From: Octopus sinensis
Taxonomy: Eukaryota
Length of the DNA: 64,000 bases
Reading direction: 5' to 3'
NCBI RefSeq assembly: GCF_006345805.1
Contig: NC_043000.1
Span: 124,682,001 to 124,746,000, forward strand
Part shown: positions 51,003 to 64,000 of the stretch, in pieces
How the letters are laid out: every line of letters begins with the position of its first letter
Position numbering within the stretch: position 1 is the first letter of the stretch
Program-made: the position numbers and the translations under genes
The notes under the pieces: model-generated
Told to the model about the DNA's origin: nothing
Seen by the model: only the letters and a program-made list of their open reading frames with translations
Database searches by the model: none

Positions 51003-51880
51003 ATTAAAATGTAAAGCTTTGTATAAGCATTGTTATGTTAAGTACTGATTGACACAAAAGTATTAAAATACATATATACATTCTTTGATAATAATAAGAA
51101 ATTGTTAAAAACAGTTTACTAGGAAAAATCTTGAGAAAATATAAAAAAGTTTGTTAAAAATATTAGGATTTCATTAAAAATCCTGTTTGTTTGGAAATAT
51201 CTATATAAATACACAGAAAATTATAAGTTCAAAAAGGTTATATTTTGGTGGTATACATATACACAGGAGGAGATATGTTTAGGAGTTTACAAAGAATTTA
51301 AGATGAACTAACCTGTTTCACCATTTTACCGTATTCTGTGAAACTAAAAGGCTGTATACTATTTTAAGGGACAGTGTGGGAGGTTGGTTTGGGTGGGGGG
51401 AAGGAAGAGCAATGTGGAATTGAAAGGAATTTTTTGTTTCTCTTTCAAGGTTGCTCTTTCATGGCTAATCTTTCATGATTCAGTAGTTTTTGGGACTGGT
51501 CTTAGAGGTCAGAATGGTGTGAGTGTGTGTGTCTGTGTGTGTGTATATACATGTGTTTGTGTTTGTGTGTGATGGCCGTTTTTGATTGGTCCCAGAGTTT
51601 ATTGTGGTGTATGTAAATGTGTCTGTGTGTGTTTAATATTTGGTAGGATGGTCTGTGTATATGTGTGCACGTTTGTGTGTGTGTGTGTGTACATGAGTGT
51701 GTGTGTGTATCTCTGTCTTAGTATGTTTGTGTTGTTATGATTGTCTTGGTGCTGTGTATGTGTGCGTCTGTATGTGCGTGCGTGTATGTTTGTGTGTTTT
51801 TTGTGTTGGTGGGGATGTTATGTGTGTGTATGTGAGTATATATATATATATATATATGTATGTATATGTGTGTATGTATG

Positions 51881-51945
<65 letters not shown>

Positions 51946-52021
51946 ATATATATACGTTTAAATATTGAACTCTTGGCTAAACTGGCAATATGACCATTCC
52001 GAAATATAACAATATATATAT

Positions 52022-52075
<54 letters not shown>

Positions 52076-52629
52076 AAAATATACATACATACATGCAGGC
52101 ATACATGCTCACACACACACACACAAGTAACACATGCCATCTAAGAATCTATAAATCAGAAAAAATATGCACTTGTATTTTTGTCAATGGAGTTGGTGTA
52201 CACTTTGATTACTATATATATAAATATGTATATGTATGTAGAAATGTGTGTGTGTGTGTGCTTGTATATACCCTTGTCTTGACATCATGTTATGATTGTA
52301 AATGAGCATCTCTCTCATACAAGCAGTGTTGTTCACTTCCAATCTCTTTCATGAAAAGCGTATCTGGTCATGTTGGAAACAGGTGAGGGTTGGTAACAGG
52401 AAGGGTATCTAGCTGTAAAACAATCTGCCTCAACAAACTCTGTTTAACCCATGCAAACATGGACCACCAAATTTTAAATGATGATGATGATGATAATGAT
52501 AACGACACACACACACTCGCATACATGCACACAAACACTTGCATGCATGCACACACACACACACGCATGCACACACACACACACATGATATATTCAAATG
52601 ACATGTGGTCATACTATGTGATCATATTA

Positions 52630-53908
52630 TTAGGTCGTCAAGTATGAAATTTGTAGTAAGGTATATGGTAAATTTTGACTGCTGCTCATTTTGTGCCATT
52701 ATTATATTTTGACAATCTTTATTTTTTGTTAGAAAGCTAACATATCTATTTCTTTATTCTAACTCATTTTGCGCTTTATAAAGTTTTTATAAATCGTTAT
52801 TTGCTATTTTTGTTTGGAGATGGATGTCGGAAATTGATACAGTTTTGAAATATGAGTTCTTTCTTGGAAATACAGCATCACAGACAGCTCGGAATATTAA
52901 TGCAGTATTTCATTCTAATGTTATTATACAGCAGACAGTATCAACTTGGTTTGCAAAATTTCGTACCGGTAACTGTGACCTCACAAATGAGCAATGTGGT
53001 TGGCCAGAAACAAAGGTGGATAATGACGAACTGAATGTCACTGTCGAGTCAGATCCATCTCAAAGTGACTGTGAATTATTGTTGCTGTTTGGTGTTAGCA
53101 AGCAAACAATATTGACTCACTGAGTTCAAATTGGTAAAGTGAAAAAGTTGGATAAGTGGGTTCCACATGAACCCAATGAGAATCAGAAACAGCAACATTT
53201 GGAAGCCTGCATTATGCTACTTTCTTGTCACAAAAATAAATCATTTTTTAATTGAATTGTAACATGTGGCAGGAAATGGATCCAATACAACAACCATAAA
53301 TATTCAGCACAATAGTTGGACAAAGATGAGCCACCGAAACAGTCCAAAAAGCAAAATTCATCAAAAGAAGCCGATAGTATGTATTTAGCGGTCTGGCGCA
53401 GGTGTGATCCATTATGATTTCATTAAACTTGGCTCATCAATCATGGCTGAAGTATACTGCAGTCAACTGGACCAAATGATACAGAAACTTACATAAAAAA
53501 CAGTTTAGATTAGTCAACAGATCCACTCCTATTTTATTGCAAGACAATGCCAGACCACACATCGCAAAAATGACATTGGCAAAACTACAGGAGTTGGAGT
53601 TGGAAGTTCTCCATCATCCACCATACTCACCTGATCTTTTCCCCACTGACTACCACTTCTTCCAGAACTTGGATAACTTTTTGATAGGAAAAAAATTTAC
53701 TTCTAACAATACTGTAAAACAGGCCTTCCAAGATTTTATTGACTCTATATTGCCAGGCTTTTACAGTTCCGGGCTGGACAAGCTACCGCCGAAATGGCAA
53801 AAGTATATTGACAATATGAGTGCATACTTTGATGGATAAAACTATTCCTTGTATTTATAAAACCGCAAACTTTTTTCTTTTCTACAAATTTCATATTTGA
53901 CGACCTAA
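52630..53908 (+). mobile_element. Full-length mariner transposon, transposase inactivated
   Basis: 27-bp TIRs TTAGGTCGTCAA(G/A)TATGAAATTTGTAG, TA TSD, motifs WVPHE, QDNARPH and HPPYSPDLFPTDYHFF, in-frame stops. Confidence 0.97.
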
Positions 53909-53949
53909 TAATAATACTATTATTTGATATTTGCTTTTTCATTAGGTGA

Positions 53950-54370
53950 TAACTGACAGAATCATTTGCACACTGGGAAAAATGCTTCACAGCATCTCAT
54001 CCATCATTATACCCTGAGTTCCAAGTCTGCCGAGTTTGACTTTGCATTTCGTCCTTTAGGGGTTGATAAAATAAGTACCAGTTGACTGCTGAAGTCAATG
54101 TAATTGACTTACCCGCTACTTCTGAAATTGATGGCCTTGTACCAAAATTTGAAACCATTATTTAGGCGGCAAGCTGGCAGAATTGTTAGCACTAATGGCA
54201 AAATGGCATTTTGTCTGTTGTTACATTCTGAATTCAAGGTCTGTTGAGTTTGACTTTACATTTCGTCCTTTAGGGATTGATAAAATAAGTACCAGTTGAA
54301 CACTGAGGTCAATGTAATTGACTTAGCCCCTCCCCTAAAATTTCTGGCCCTGTGACAAAATTTGAAATTA
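53950..54370 (+). mobile_element. Two tandem SINE family B copies
   Basis: Core CATTTCGTCCTTTAGGG..TGATAAAATAAGTACCAG occurs twice. Confidence 0.8.
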
Positions 54371-55828
54371 ATATTTGCTTTCTCATAACAGAATTGGTTG
54401 AATGAGTCAGGAAAATTAATTCCTTTCCTCACCTTTGACCATTTCTTCACTTAGCTCTCGACAGTCATCTCTCGCTTTCTACATTCTCTTTCTTTTCCAA
54501 ACCATCTCACCTTTACAGTCATGACAGAGTGTGTTTGATTTGAAGAAAATTTGAAGTTTTCTAACAATGTCGAAATTCCTTCACCATTTTCAGGTCCACC
54601 ACCACCACCACTACCACCACCACCACCACCACCTATCTGTAGAAAGATGATGTATCTTTCTATGGCTAAATGGACATGCAAGTGACACACTGACATATTT
54701 GCCTGCCTATCTGTCTTTTACAAGTGATCTTATACTTCAGTGATAACCATCATTGCTAATTCACTCTTCTAGCTATCTTCAAAAGTCTTAGTCACAAACT
54801 GTTCTCATAGTTACATGCATGCACACACATTCATTAAAATATATTCTTACGTACACACATACACAACCAGAATGTTCATACTGAAATCTATATTTTACAA
54901 AGTATGAAATTAGAGGGGAAATGCTTGAGAATGTAACTAGCTGAAAATTAACTGTTATCTTTTCTACAACTTAATGGTGGAACAGTGACTAATATTTGGA
55001 TATTTAAGCAATTGAAATTGTCACTAGGATTCATCAAGTTTATCACCTGAAAGATCAAAGTGCTGTTAGCAGCAGACATTTTAAAATTTTCTTTCTCTTA
55101 GCAAGTCTGGAAAGTTGAATCCATTATCATGATGAGTCAATATGAGTCAATGTTACAGAGAGAAGTTTAGATATTGGTAAACAGAATGCTGGTCTCTCAT
55201 AGCAGTTCTAATAGAGTGGATTCTAGTGCCCATGTTCTTTACATGGTTTCACTGAAGATGGAACTTGTCAAGATAACTTATTAAAATTTTCTGCAGTGTT
55301 TGTGTAGGTAATAGCTGCAGAATTTAGTAGGTGATGCATTGAAGCAGAAAATATCTCTTTATCAGTATTAGTCAGTGTCTGATGCTAAATAGCTTTCAAA
55401 TCTACAATGATAAATGTATTGGCTGTGATAATGATGGTAATATTCTTATTATTAGCAATGATAGCAGTTGTAATGGTTCTTGTGGGGATAGTATTTGTGG
55501 TTGTAGAATAATATTGGTGGTGGTGGTGGTGGTGGTGGTAATGGTTAGTGCTTTTGTTCATGATACTGATGTCAGTGTTTATGGCTATATAAGTAAGAAT
55601 ATAAGTGAAAGAAATAATCCTTTTTTACAATAGATACAAAGCCTGAAATTTTGGGGAAATTCTAGGATTACATCAACTCCAGTCTTTGGTACTTATTTTG
55701 CTGAACCTGATAGGATGAAAGACAAAGTTGAATTTGGTGAAATTTGAACTCAGAACATAAAGATGAAAGAAATACTGCTAAGGATTTTGTCTGGTGTGCT
55801 AAAGATTTTGCCAGCTCGTTGCCTTGGT

Positions 55829-56202
55829 AACTCTTTACTCTTTTACTCTTTTACTTGTTTCAGTCATTTGACTGCGGCCATGCTGGAGCACCGCCTTTAG
55901 TCGAAGAAATCGACCCCAGGACTTATTCTTTGTAAGCCTAGTACTTATTCTATCAGTGTCTTTTGCCGAACCGCTAAGTTACGGGGACGTAAACACACCA
56001 GCATCGGTTGTCAAGAGATGTTGGGGGGACAATCACAGACACACAAACATATACACACATACACACACATATATATACACAAGGCTTTCGTTGGCCCAAG
56101 GCTAGAGTAGAAGACACTTGCCCAAGGTGCCACGCAGTGGAACTGAACCCGGAACTATGTGGTTGGTAAGCAAGCTACTTACCACACAGCTACTCCTGTG
56201 CC
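55829..56202 (-). mobile_element. SINE family A with internal deletion
   Basis: As for the other family A copies. Confidence 0.9.
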
Positions 56203-57663
56203 TATAAAACTAATATGATCACATAGTACTGAACTCTACATTGATACATAGTGAGAAGTAATTACGTTTAGTCATTCAGAGATGGTGGAACCAAAAATGG
56301 AGGTACTGAAAATGGCATAGGAAATTTGACATTGTAAGAAAACTTCTAGTTTTCTTCAAATCAAAGAACATTCTGTCATGACTATAGAAGAGAGATGCTT
56401 TGAAAAAGAAAGAGAATCTAGAAAGAGACCTATTTTGAGAGTTAAATAAGGAAATGGCCAAAGGTGATGAAAAGAATTAATTTTGCTGGCTCATTCAACC
56501 AATACTGTCATGGGAAAAGCAGATATTAAAATGTTCTATGAAGACGTTAATATGATAGAAGCAAAGATTAAATTGATATAAGAAGGGTAATGTTTGGATA
56601 GATAAACGACTGGACTTTTGGCAGAAGGAACACAATTTGAATACACCCCCAACACTGCATCATTAGGAAAGATAATTAAACCTATTTTCATGGATGCTAG
56701 TAATATTGCTGTCAAATGTTTGGGATTTTGAATAAAAGGGTCTCCAAATAATATCTGTTTAGATTTTTTAGCATATAAGACTACAACTTTGTGTAGGCAG
56801 GTGATGGTTACTAATCCACCTGTGATAAGAACGATATAAGTAGTAGTAGTAGTAGTAGTAGTAGTTCTATTTGCAAATGTAAGAATATATGATATACTGG
56901 CTTCAGTTACATTTATATTGAAAAAGACAATACCAATATTGTTAACACTGCCAACGTAGTTTCATAGAAAAATCAATGTGACAACAAATACCTGTCTGAA
57001 ATCAGGAAATATAACTGAAAAGGCTTGTGAAATGAATACAGCAGATATCTAGACATTGCACAGTTGTCATGCAAGGTATTCAATAGAAAAGGAAGGGAAG
57101 TTCTTGTTTGGTCAGTAAATAACGACAGCATTGGATAGGTAGTGTAACCAGTAGATAGACACGTAATACAGAGTAGTTTTTGATTACATAATCATGTACA
57201 ATTACTTTAGTACACTTGAGCCATTTATACATAAAATAATTGTAATATGCCAAAACTGTTTATGTGGAAAAGTTAGACTCTGTTAAATGAGCAGCTAATT
57301 CATTATTAGAAGTAGAAGTGGGAGTCGAGACTGGAAAATGACTGTAAATGATTTTGAATGCAAAGCATTTAGTAAACTATAATGCAAGTAATAGAGTATT
57401 AAAATCCTTGATGCAAGACAGATATTTATAGACTGTGTTGTATTTAGTGCTACTGTTGTTGTTTAACCCCTGGTCAGTACCGATTTAGCAGCTTCATGGT
57501 GAAAGGCATTTCCAGCCATGAACATCCCTTTGTTAATATACTTGTTACCATAATTGTAAAAAGTCATTCACTGCATTTTGTCATGGAGAAAAATTCTCAC
57601 TGTTGAGAAAAAGGGGTTAAAAACACCAGGTCCATTCGGAGTAACCCCTACCTAAATCGATGG

Positions 57664-57703
57664 ATGCATGCATTTCATAACAGCTATCATCTCTTCAGCA
57701 TTG
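57664..57703 (-). ncRNA. Hammerhead-like motif, family 4
   Basis: CAATG-CTGAAGA-G-ATGAT-AGCT-GTTAT-GAAA-TGCA-T-G-CAT; intact core but G at the cleavage position. Confidence 0.45.
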
Positions 57704-57731
57704 AACACTGAAAAGAGAGGTGACTCTAGAC

Positions 57732-58069
57732 CAGGGGTTCTCAACCATTTTTTTATCTATGGACCCCTTTGGTTATTATTTTAGTCCAGTGGACCCCCGC
57801 CTACAGCCATTTGATGTCTAAAGACTAGTTTTATAGAATCTTCTTTCAAAATTCTTATTTTGTCATTCACACATTGACTTGTGTAGGTTGAACTATGTAA
57901 AATGTTAGAGAAAGAAACCTAGTTGTTTCTTACATACCAATAAACACATCTAAAGCAAAATTTTTTCAGCGACCCTTAATATTGTGGGCCCCTAATTTAC
58001 TATTTTGCTGACCCCCAAAATCTTATATTGACTCTAAGGAGCCATATGAATCTTGGTTGAGAACCAATG
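57732..58069. mobile_element. hAT/Charlie-type MITE
   Basis: TIR CAGGGGTTCTCAACC / GGTTGAGAACCAATG, 8-bp TSD CTCTAGAC; relatives at ~22522, 34050, 59930 and 63061. Confidence 0.9.
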
Positions 58070-60295
58070 CTCTAGACTGACTATGAGACTAGGTGTCTCT
58101 TCAGAGATTGCAAAAAAAAAAAAAAATACTGTGACCGATGGCACCAACTGGCTGCCTGGCCATAGTAAAATACTGGTTTAAATATGTCTCAGACATATTT
58201 GAACTAGTGACAAGTTTGTATTTACATAAATCATTGCTTAGTATTTCTAATCCATATCTGTGTATTTATTTTTCACTCACAGTATATCTGGTACTGCATT
58301 ATTCAGCTTGTCCTTCTTTGTTAAAAGTAGCAGGGTGTGATTGAAAAGAGAGATTTGCTTGCTATTTCCAGCAGGTAATTTGACCACATAAAGGTTTCCT
58401 CAGTAGCATAAGTGCTGATGCAGGTGAGGGTGAATTTGGTAGAAAACTGGACTTGATAGTACAGTTCATATCTAATGTACAGAATTTGAGAAAGCTAATT
58501 GTAAAATTTCAAGAGACACACCTGAATCTGTAGAATAAGTCACAGTAAAATTCTGCAATTAATTTCATAAATTAAAATATTTGCTTCATATATAAAAAAA
58601 GTGTGTGTGCTGTGGTGAGGGCATTGTTCTAAAGAAAGAAATCTTCATCGGTTAGTACTTAATACTAAACAAATTGTAAATTCTAATTTTGCTTTCTCAA
58701 TTTAAAATATTTCCTTTACATAATATCTTGTAATGATGAGATCCTAGATTCATTTACTTGATATTAATTATAATTAGATCTTTAAAATCAATGACACTAA
58801 CATCAGACTTCTCTTGTCAAGAGCAAGAAACATTGAATATCAAAACTAAATGAATTGAATGTTCTCATTTCACAAATGCAAAAAAGAAAAAAAAAAAAAG
58901 AAAAACAAAAAAATACCCTTACAACATAGCAACAGAATTTACTTCATTTTATTTTTATCAATTTTTCTTAGGATTCTTAAAAATTTCAGTGTGGAATAGC
59001 TAACTATAGCAATGAGTTTTCATAAATTCTAAATTAATCACTTAGTTGGGACATTTCACAAGCAATGTCTTCTGAGAGCGTTACCAATTTTATCTTTCTC
59101 TAAGCTATTTAACATTTCATCTTAAGTTTGACAAATTGATGCAAATTTTTCTTTTTTTCAAATGCAGTTCAGATTCTGTGAATTGAAATATATATATATA
59201 TATATTCACAATTCACGAACTAAAGAATTTTCCTTATTTATTTGGCCAAAATATCCAATAGTTTTGGTTTAATTCCACCTGACAAATGAATACAATTTTG
59301 AAGAATCAGAAAGGGAAAGAGGAATAGGAAAAAATTATCAGATGTGAATTGATTGATATTTTGTGTATTGTATTAAATCAAAATGTTAAAGAAGACTGGA
59401 ATAAATTGTGAAACAGTTTTATGTATTTAATGATAAAGATTTCCTATTCAAGATATATTAGGTTGATGCCAGTGCCCCTCGATTGGTTCCTGTGCTGGTG
59501 GCGTGGCATGTAAAAAGCACCATCTGAATGGGGTCGATGGCAGTGCTGCCTGACTGGCTCCCATGCCAGTGGCACATAAAAAGCACCCACTACACTCTTG
59601 GAATGGTTGGTAATAGGAAGGGCATCCAGCTGTAGAAACCTTGCCAGATCAGATTGGAGCCTGGTGCAGCCCACTGGTTTGCCAGTCCTCAGTCAAACCG
59701 TCCAACCCATGCTAGCATGGAAAGCAGACGTTAAATGATGATGATGATGTTGATGATGAATGTCAGGTCACTTGTGAGGTCTCTCATAGGTGCTACTGGT
59801 AACATGGAGTCTAGTACAATCTGTTGCATGGTCTGGTGATTGACAACAAAACCAGCACTTGCACTAGGCTTGCCTGGCGAGGGGGATTGCTAGAAACCCA
59901 GCGGGACTAAAACAAAACTCAGTAACACTCTGAAAGCCTGTGGTTCTCAACTGGGGTCCTTATACTTCTACAATATACAAGATATTTTAACAGTTTTTTT
60001 TAATACAATTCCTAATAACATTTAATTATGAAAATATAATACGATTTCTTAAACAATGAATGGCAATGAGAGCCATCTGAGAAAATAGGAATCAAAGTAG
60101 TCCATAGACAAAAAATGTTTGAGAAACACCGCTATAAAGGAAAGGCATCTAACAATAAAAACTATGTCAAACTCATATGAACATATGAACAAGATATAGT
60201 CCTCCAACTCATACAAGTGGGCTGTGACCTTGAATGAACATTACCTGGTCTATCATGACCCACCTGATGCAGGACAGAAAGTGAGCGCATGATTC

Positions 60296-60340
60296 ATGAT
60301 GATGATGACAATGACAATGATGATGATGATGATGAGGATA

Positions 60341-60371
<31 letters not shown>

Positions 60372-60412
60372 GGATAATGATGATGACAATGATGATGATT
60401 ATGATGAGGATA

Positions 60413-60443
<31 letters not shown>

Positions 60444-60595
60444 CAATGATGATGATTATGATGATGACGACAATGATGAGGTGGGTGATAATGAAGATGA
60501 TGATGATGGTGGTAGCAGTGGTGATGGTGTGGTAGTGGTGATGCTGATAGTGACAATTATGATGATAATGGTGATGATGATGGTAGTGGTGGTTT
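60296..60595. repeat. (GAT)n compound microsatellite
   Basis: Direct. Confidence 0.95.
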
Positions 60596-61399
60596 CATAA
60601 ATCTGTGTGTGTGTGTGTAAATATAATACTGAAAATAGAAAACTTTAAAAAAAACCCCAGTTCCTTTAGCAGTAATGTCAGCTTATTCAACCAATAAGAA
60701 TTGTGTGGAAGATTAAAATATGAATTCCAGGATTTGTGCACTGTAATCTAAGAGATGGTATTTGCCAGAAATGCAATCATTGAAAGGTCAGATGTTTAGG
60801 TTAGACTGGGTAATATTTTGGAAGAGATCGACTATAATTATTGATGAAGAGTTTTTCTTACTTGAGGCATTTTAGATAAGATTTCTCATGGAGATGAGTT
60901 TTGAAGATTTTTCTAGTAGAGGGTTATTTGTAGGATTTTTGAGAAGTTGGTGTAGTTACGTTTGACATCCTGGATGTTGCAGAAATGGTATTTTTTTTTT
61001 GGAACATCAGAATTGACTCATACGCACATGTATGCACATACACACAAGCTCTTACACATACACTAACACACACACACACACAGATGTGTTCACAGACACA
61101 TACACACATGCATGCTTACATGTTAGCCCAGAGCAAACCCATCAAGATGCAGAAGTAGAAAAGACAACCTTTTAACAGGGAATATCTATGAGCAATATCT
61201 CTGTGAAGTGAATCCAGCTTTCATTTCTAAAATCATTCTAGACACCAGTTGCCTTGTCAGGTAGAATGAGACATCCTTATTCACGTGCACACATGCATAC
61301 ATTTATGCGTATCGATGTAAATGTCAATATGCAACACATACATATAAATGCATAGACATACAGATGCACATCAAGCTGATAAGATGCTTTAGTTTTAAT

Positions 61400-61830
61400 G
61401 ATGTATTACATATGAAGAACCTACTATGTACGTGCATGGGTGTATGTGTATGCACATGCATGCATGTGTGTGCATGCATGTATGTGCATGCATGCATATA
61501 TTTGTATGAATGCATGTATATGTGTGCTGGTATATGGACATGTGGGTGCATCTACGTGCACATATGTGTGAGTGCACATGTGTATGTATATAGGTGTGTA
61601 CATGTGGGTGCATCTGCATGCATATGTACACTAGTATATACACACAAATGCTTGTGCACATGCATGTTTTCATGCACATGTATATTTGTGTTCATATGCA
61701 CATGCATGTGTGTATATGCATATGAATGTATATGCACGTTTGTATGTGCACGTTTGTATGTGCATGTTGAATGTGTGTACGTATGTGCATATATGTGTGC
61801 ATGTGTGTATATGTGTATGTGTGTATAAAT
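61400..61830. repeat. Degenerate purine-pyrimidine alternating (TG/CA/TA) tract
   Basis: Direct. Confidence 0.9.
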
Positions 61831-62080
61831 GCCAGAATCATCTGTCTTTTATGAGTGCCAGTATACAGTACACAGCCAAATTTAATAGACTCAGCCTTCT
61901 CTAAGCTCTTCAAATAATGCCGTCTTCTTATGGACAAAGATTTTCTTTTGAAACAATAAGCAGAACATTATGATAAGCACTTTGAAGATAAATGGCAAAC
62001 ACTGGAAACTTCAAAGGCAATGGTTCTCCAAAAGTAAACTTTACTTGTAGAAATATATAAAAATGGTAAAAATATTCTTT

Positions 62081-62500
62081 TCTACTCTAGGCACAAGGCC
62101 TGAAATTTTTGGGAAGGGGACCAGTCGATTAGATCGACTCCAATACACAACTGGTACTTAATTTATCGACCTCGAAAGGATGAAAGGCAAAGTTGACCTC
62201 AGCAGAATTTGAACTCAGAATGTAAAGACAGATGAAATACCGCTATGCATTTCACCTGGCATGCTAACGTTTCTTATTTCTTTATTCTTCACAAGGGGCT
62301 AAACATAGAGGGGACAAACAAGGACAGACAAAGGGATTAAGTCGATTACATCGACCCCAGTGCGTAACTGGTACTTATTTAATCAACCCTGAAAGGATGA
62401 AAGTCAACCTCGACAGAATTTGAACTCAGAACGTAAAGACAGACGAAATACTGCTAAGCATTTCACCCAGCGTGCTAATGTTTCTGCCAGCTCGCTGCCT
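62081..62500 (-). mobile_element. Dimeric SINE family B with 23-bp TSD
   Basis: TAAAAATGGTAAAAATATTCTTT at 62058-62080 and 62501-62523. Confidence 0.92.
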
Positions 62501-63225
62501 TAAAAATGGTAAAAATATTCTTTAAACAATTTTGTTATTACAGTTCTGGTGAAATACAATACCTTTGTTGCAATTAATTTTTTAAAATTATGAAGAATCG
62601 TTAAGCTGATTTTTGGAACAAAATTAACATTGAATTTTAATAGATGATCTTAATTTAGATTGTGTTAGCACAAGAACCAAACAGGAAGTTTATATCATGG
62701 AAGTAAGGGTGTTCACATGTGGATTGGCATGATAAAATCAAATCAAGTGAGTTTGTATGAGAATGTAGGAGATTGCCAAAATGACTGAACGACTCTCCAG
62801 ATCTCACTGTACAATCTAACATGGAGTCTGTTCAGGACATGTAGCATTAATACAGATATTTATATTACATCATGGTCTCTAATTTGGTATGATAGCATGT
62901 TACCCCATGCATCAGTCCTTACTGGTCTGTGACTCACAACTTCGAAGGTATGGGAATGAAGACTGCTTACTTCTTCTATGCCTCATTTGAATGAAATATG
63001 AATTTATCAATAAACATACAAATATACACACACTTAATGGTGAATATGGACACCTTATTGCAGTGTTTCTCAACCTTTTTACCCTTGCATAACTCTTAAA
63101 ATAAATTACATGTTTCAAGGAACCTTTGAACAAAAAAAATTATATACCATATCTTTCTTATAATTTCTTCATCATAGTTCACATGGTAAATATCATATAT
63201 ACGTATATACTTCAGCACTCCATCA

Positions 63226-63589
63226 GTTACGACGATGAGGGTTCCAGTTGATCCAATAAACGGAACAGCTTGCTCATGAAATTAACATGCAAGTGGCTGA
63301 GCACTCCACAGACACGTATGCCCATAACGTAGTTCTCAGGGAGATTCAGCTTGACACAAAGTGTGACAAGGCTGGCCCTTTGAAATACAGGGACAACAGA
63401 AACAGGAAGAAAGAGTGAGAGAAAGTTGTGATGAAAGAGTACAGTAAGGTTCGCCACCCCCCACCCTGCTGGAGTCCCATGGAGCTTTAAGTGCTATCGC
63501 TCAATAAACACTCACAATGGCTGGTCTGGGAATTGAAGCCGTGATCCTATGGCCATGAGTCAGCTGCCCTAACTGAGCCATTGAGCCTC
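63226..63589 (-). mobile_element. SINE family C
   Basis: Reverse complement of the 29618-29955 type. Confidence 0.85.
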
Positions 63590-63658
63590 GACCACGTGAG
63601 CACCGCCAGCAATTTTTTTTCCTCTGTCTTCCCTTCTCGGGATCTTTCCTTCTCCTTT

Positions 63659-63693
63659 GTTTCCAACGAAGAGTTCCGCTCGAAACGTTAAAC
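63659..63693 (+). ncRNA. Hammerhead-like motif related to family 2
   Basis: GTTT-CCAACGA-A-GAGT-TCC-GCTC-GAAAC-GTT-AAAC; the downstream part recurs at 46765-46870. Confidence 0.6.
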
Positions 63694-63785
63694 CCTCCTT
63701 CCCTTCTTTCCTGAGCGTCCAATAATACTTTATTTGTTCCACGTCCTCGCGTTGCTGTGTATTTTTTGTGTTTTCTTGTTTGGAT

Positions 63786-63879
<94 letters not shown>

Positions 63880-64000
63880 CATATAAATATTATTAGGGTA
63901 ATAAGAATTATAGAAATTTTTACTACCTGTGGTCTAGCGCAAAAAAAATTTAGTCTATAGACTATATATTATTCATATAAAATATCATGTACATTAAAAC

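Noticed and set aside
59170-59220. Small inverted repeat GTGAATTG-(AT)n-CAATTCAC
   Set aside because: Short arms around a self-complementary microsatellite, probably local fold-back repair.
61364-61828. Cys-rich 154-aa ORF (metallothionein-like)
   Set aside because: Degenerate TG/CA alternating repeat.

Overview
AT-rich eukaryotic DNA dominated by repeats and microsatellites. The SINE and LINE families point to a cephalopod, most likely Octopus (inference from repeat content). No intact protein-coding gene or bacterial-type system is visible, and most ORFs in the track are microsatellite or repeat artefacts. Recognisable content: three abundant tRNA-headed SINE families, RTE, CR1/L2 and R4/Dong LINE fragments, a 5'-truncated RTE with a PHD-like finger inside its RT, Penelope-like elements (RT thumb plus GIY-YIG), a full-length decayed mariner with TIRs and TA TSD, hAT and piggyBac-type MITEs, two non-autonomous Helitrons, and a few small candidate exons of an unidentified + strand gene. 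Two signals stand out. First, about 11 minimal type-I hammerhead-ribozyme-like motifs in five sequence families, mostly in Penelope-like terminal repeats, with covarying stems and a recurrent non-canonical CUGU(C/U)GA core. Second, a ~2.5 kb inversion whose breakpoints carry circularly permuted inverted duplications, as expected from staggered breaks. All alignments, folds and translations were done by eye, and repeat boundaries are approximate.
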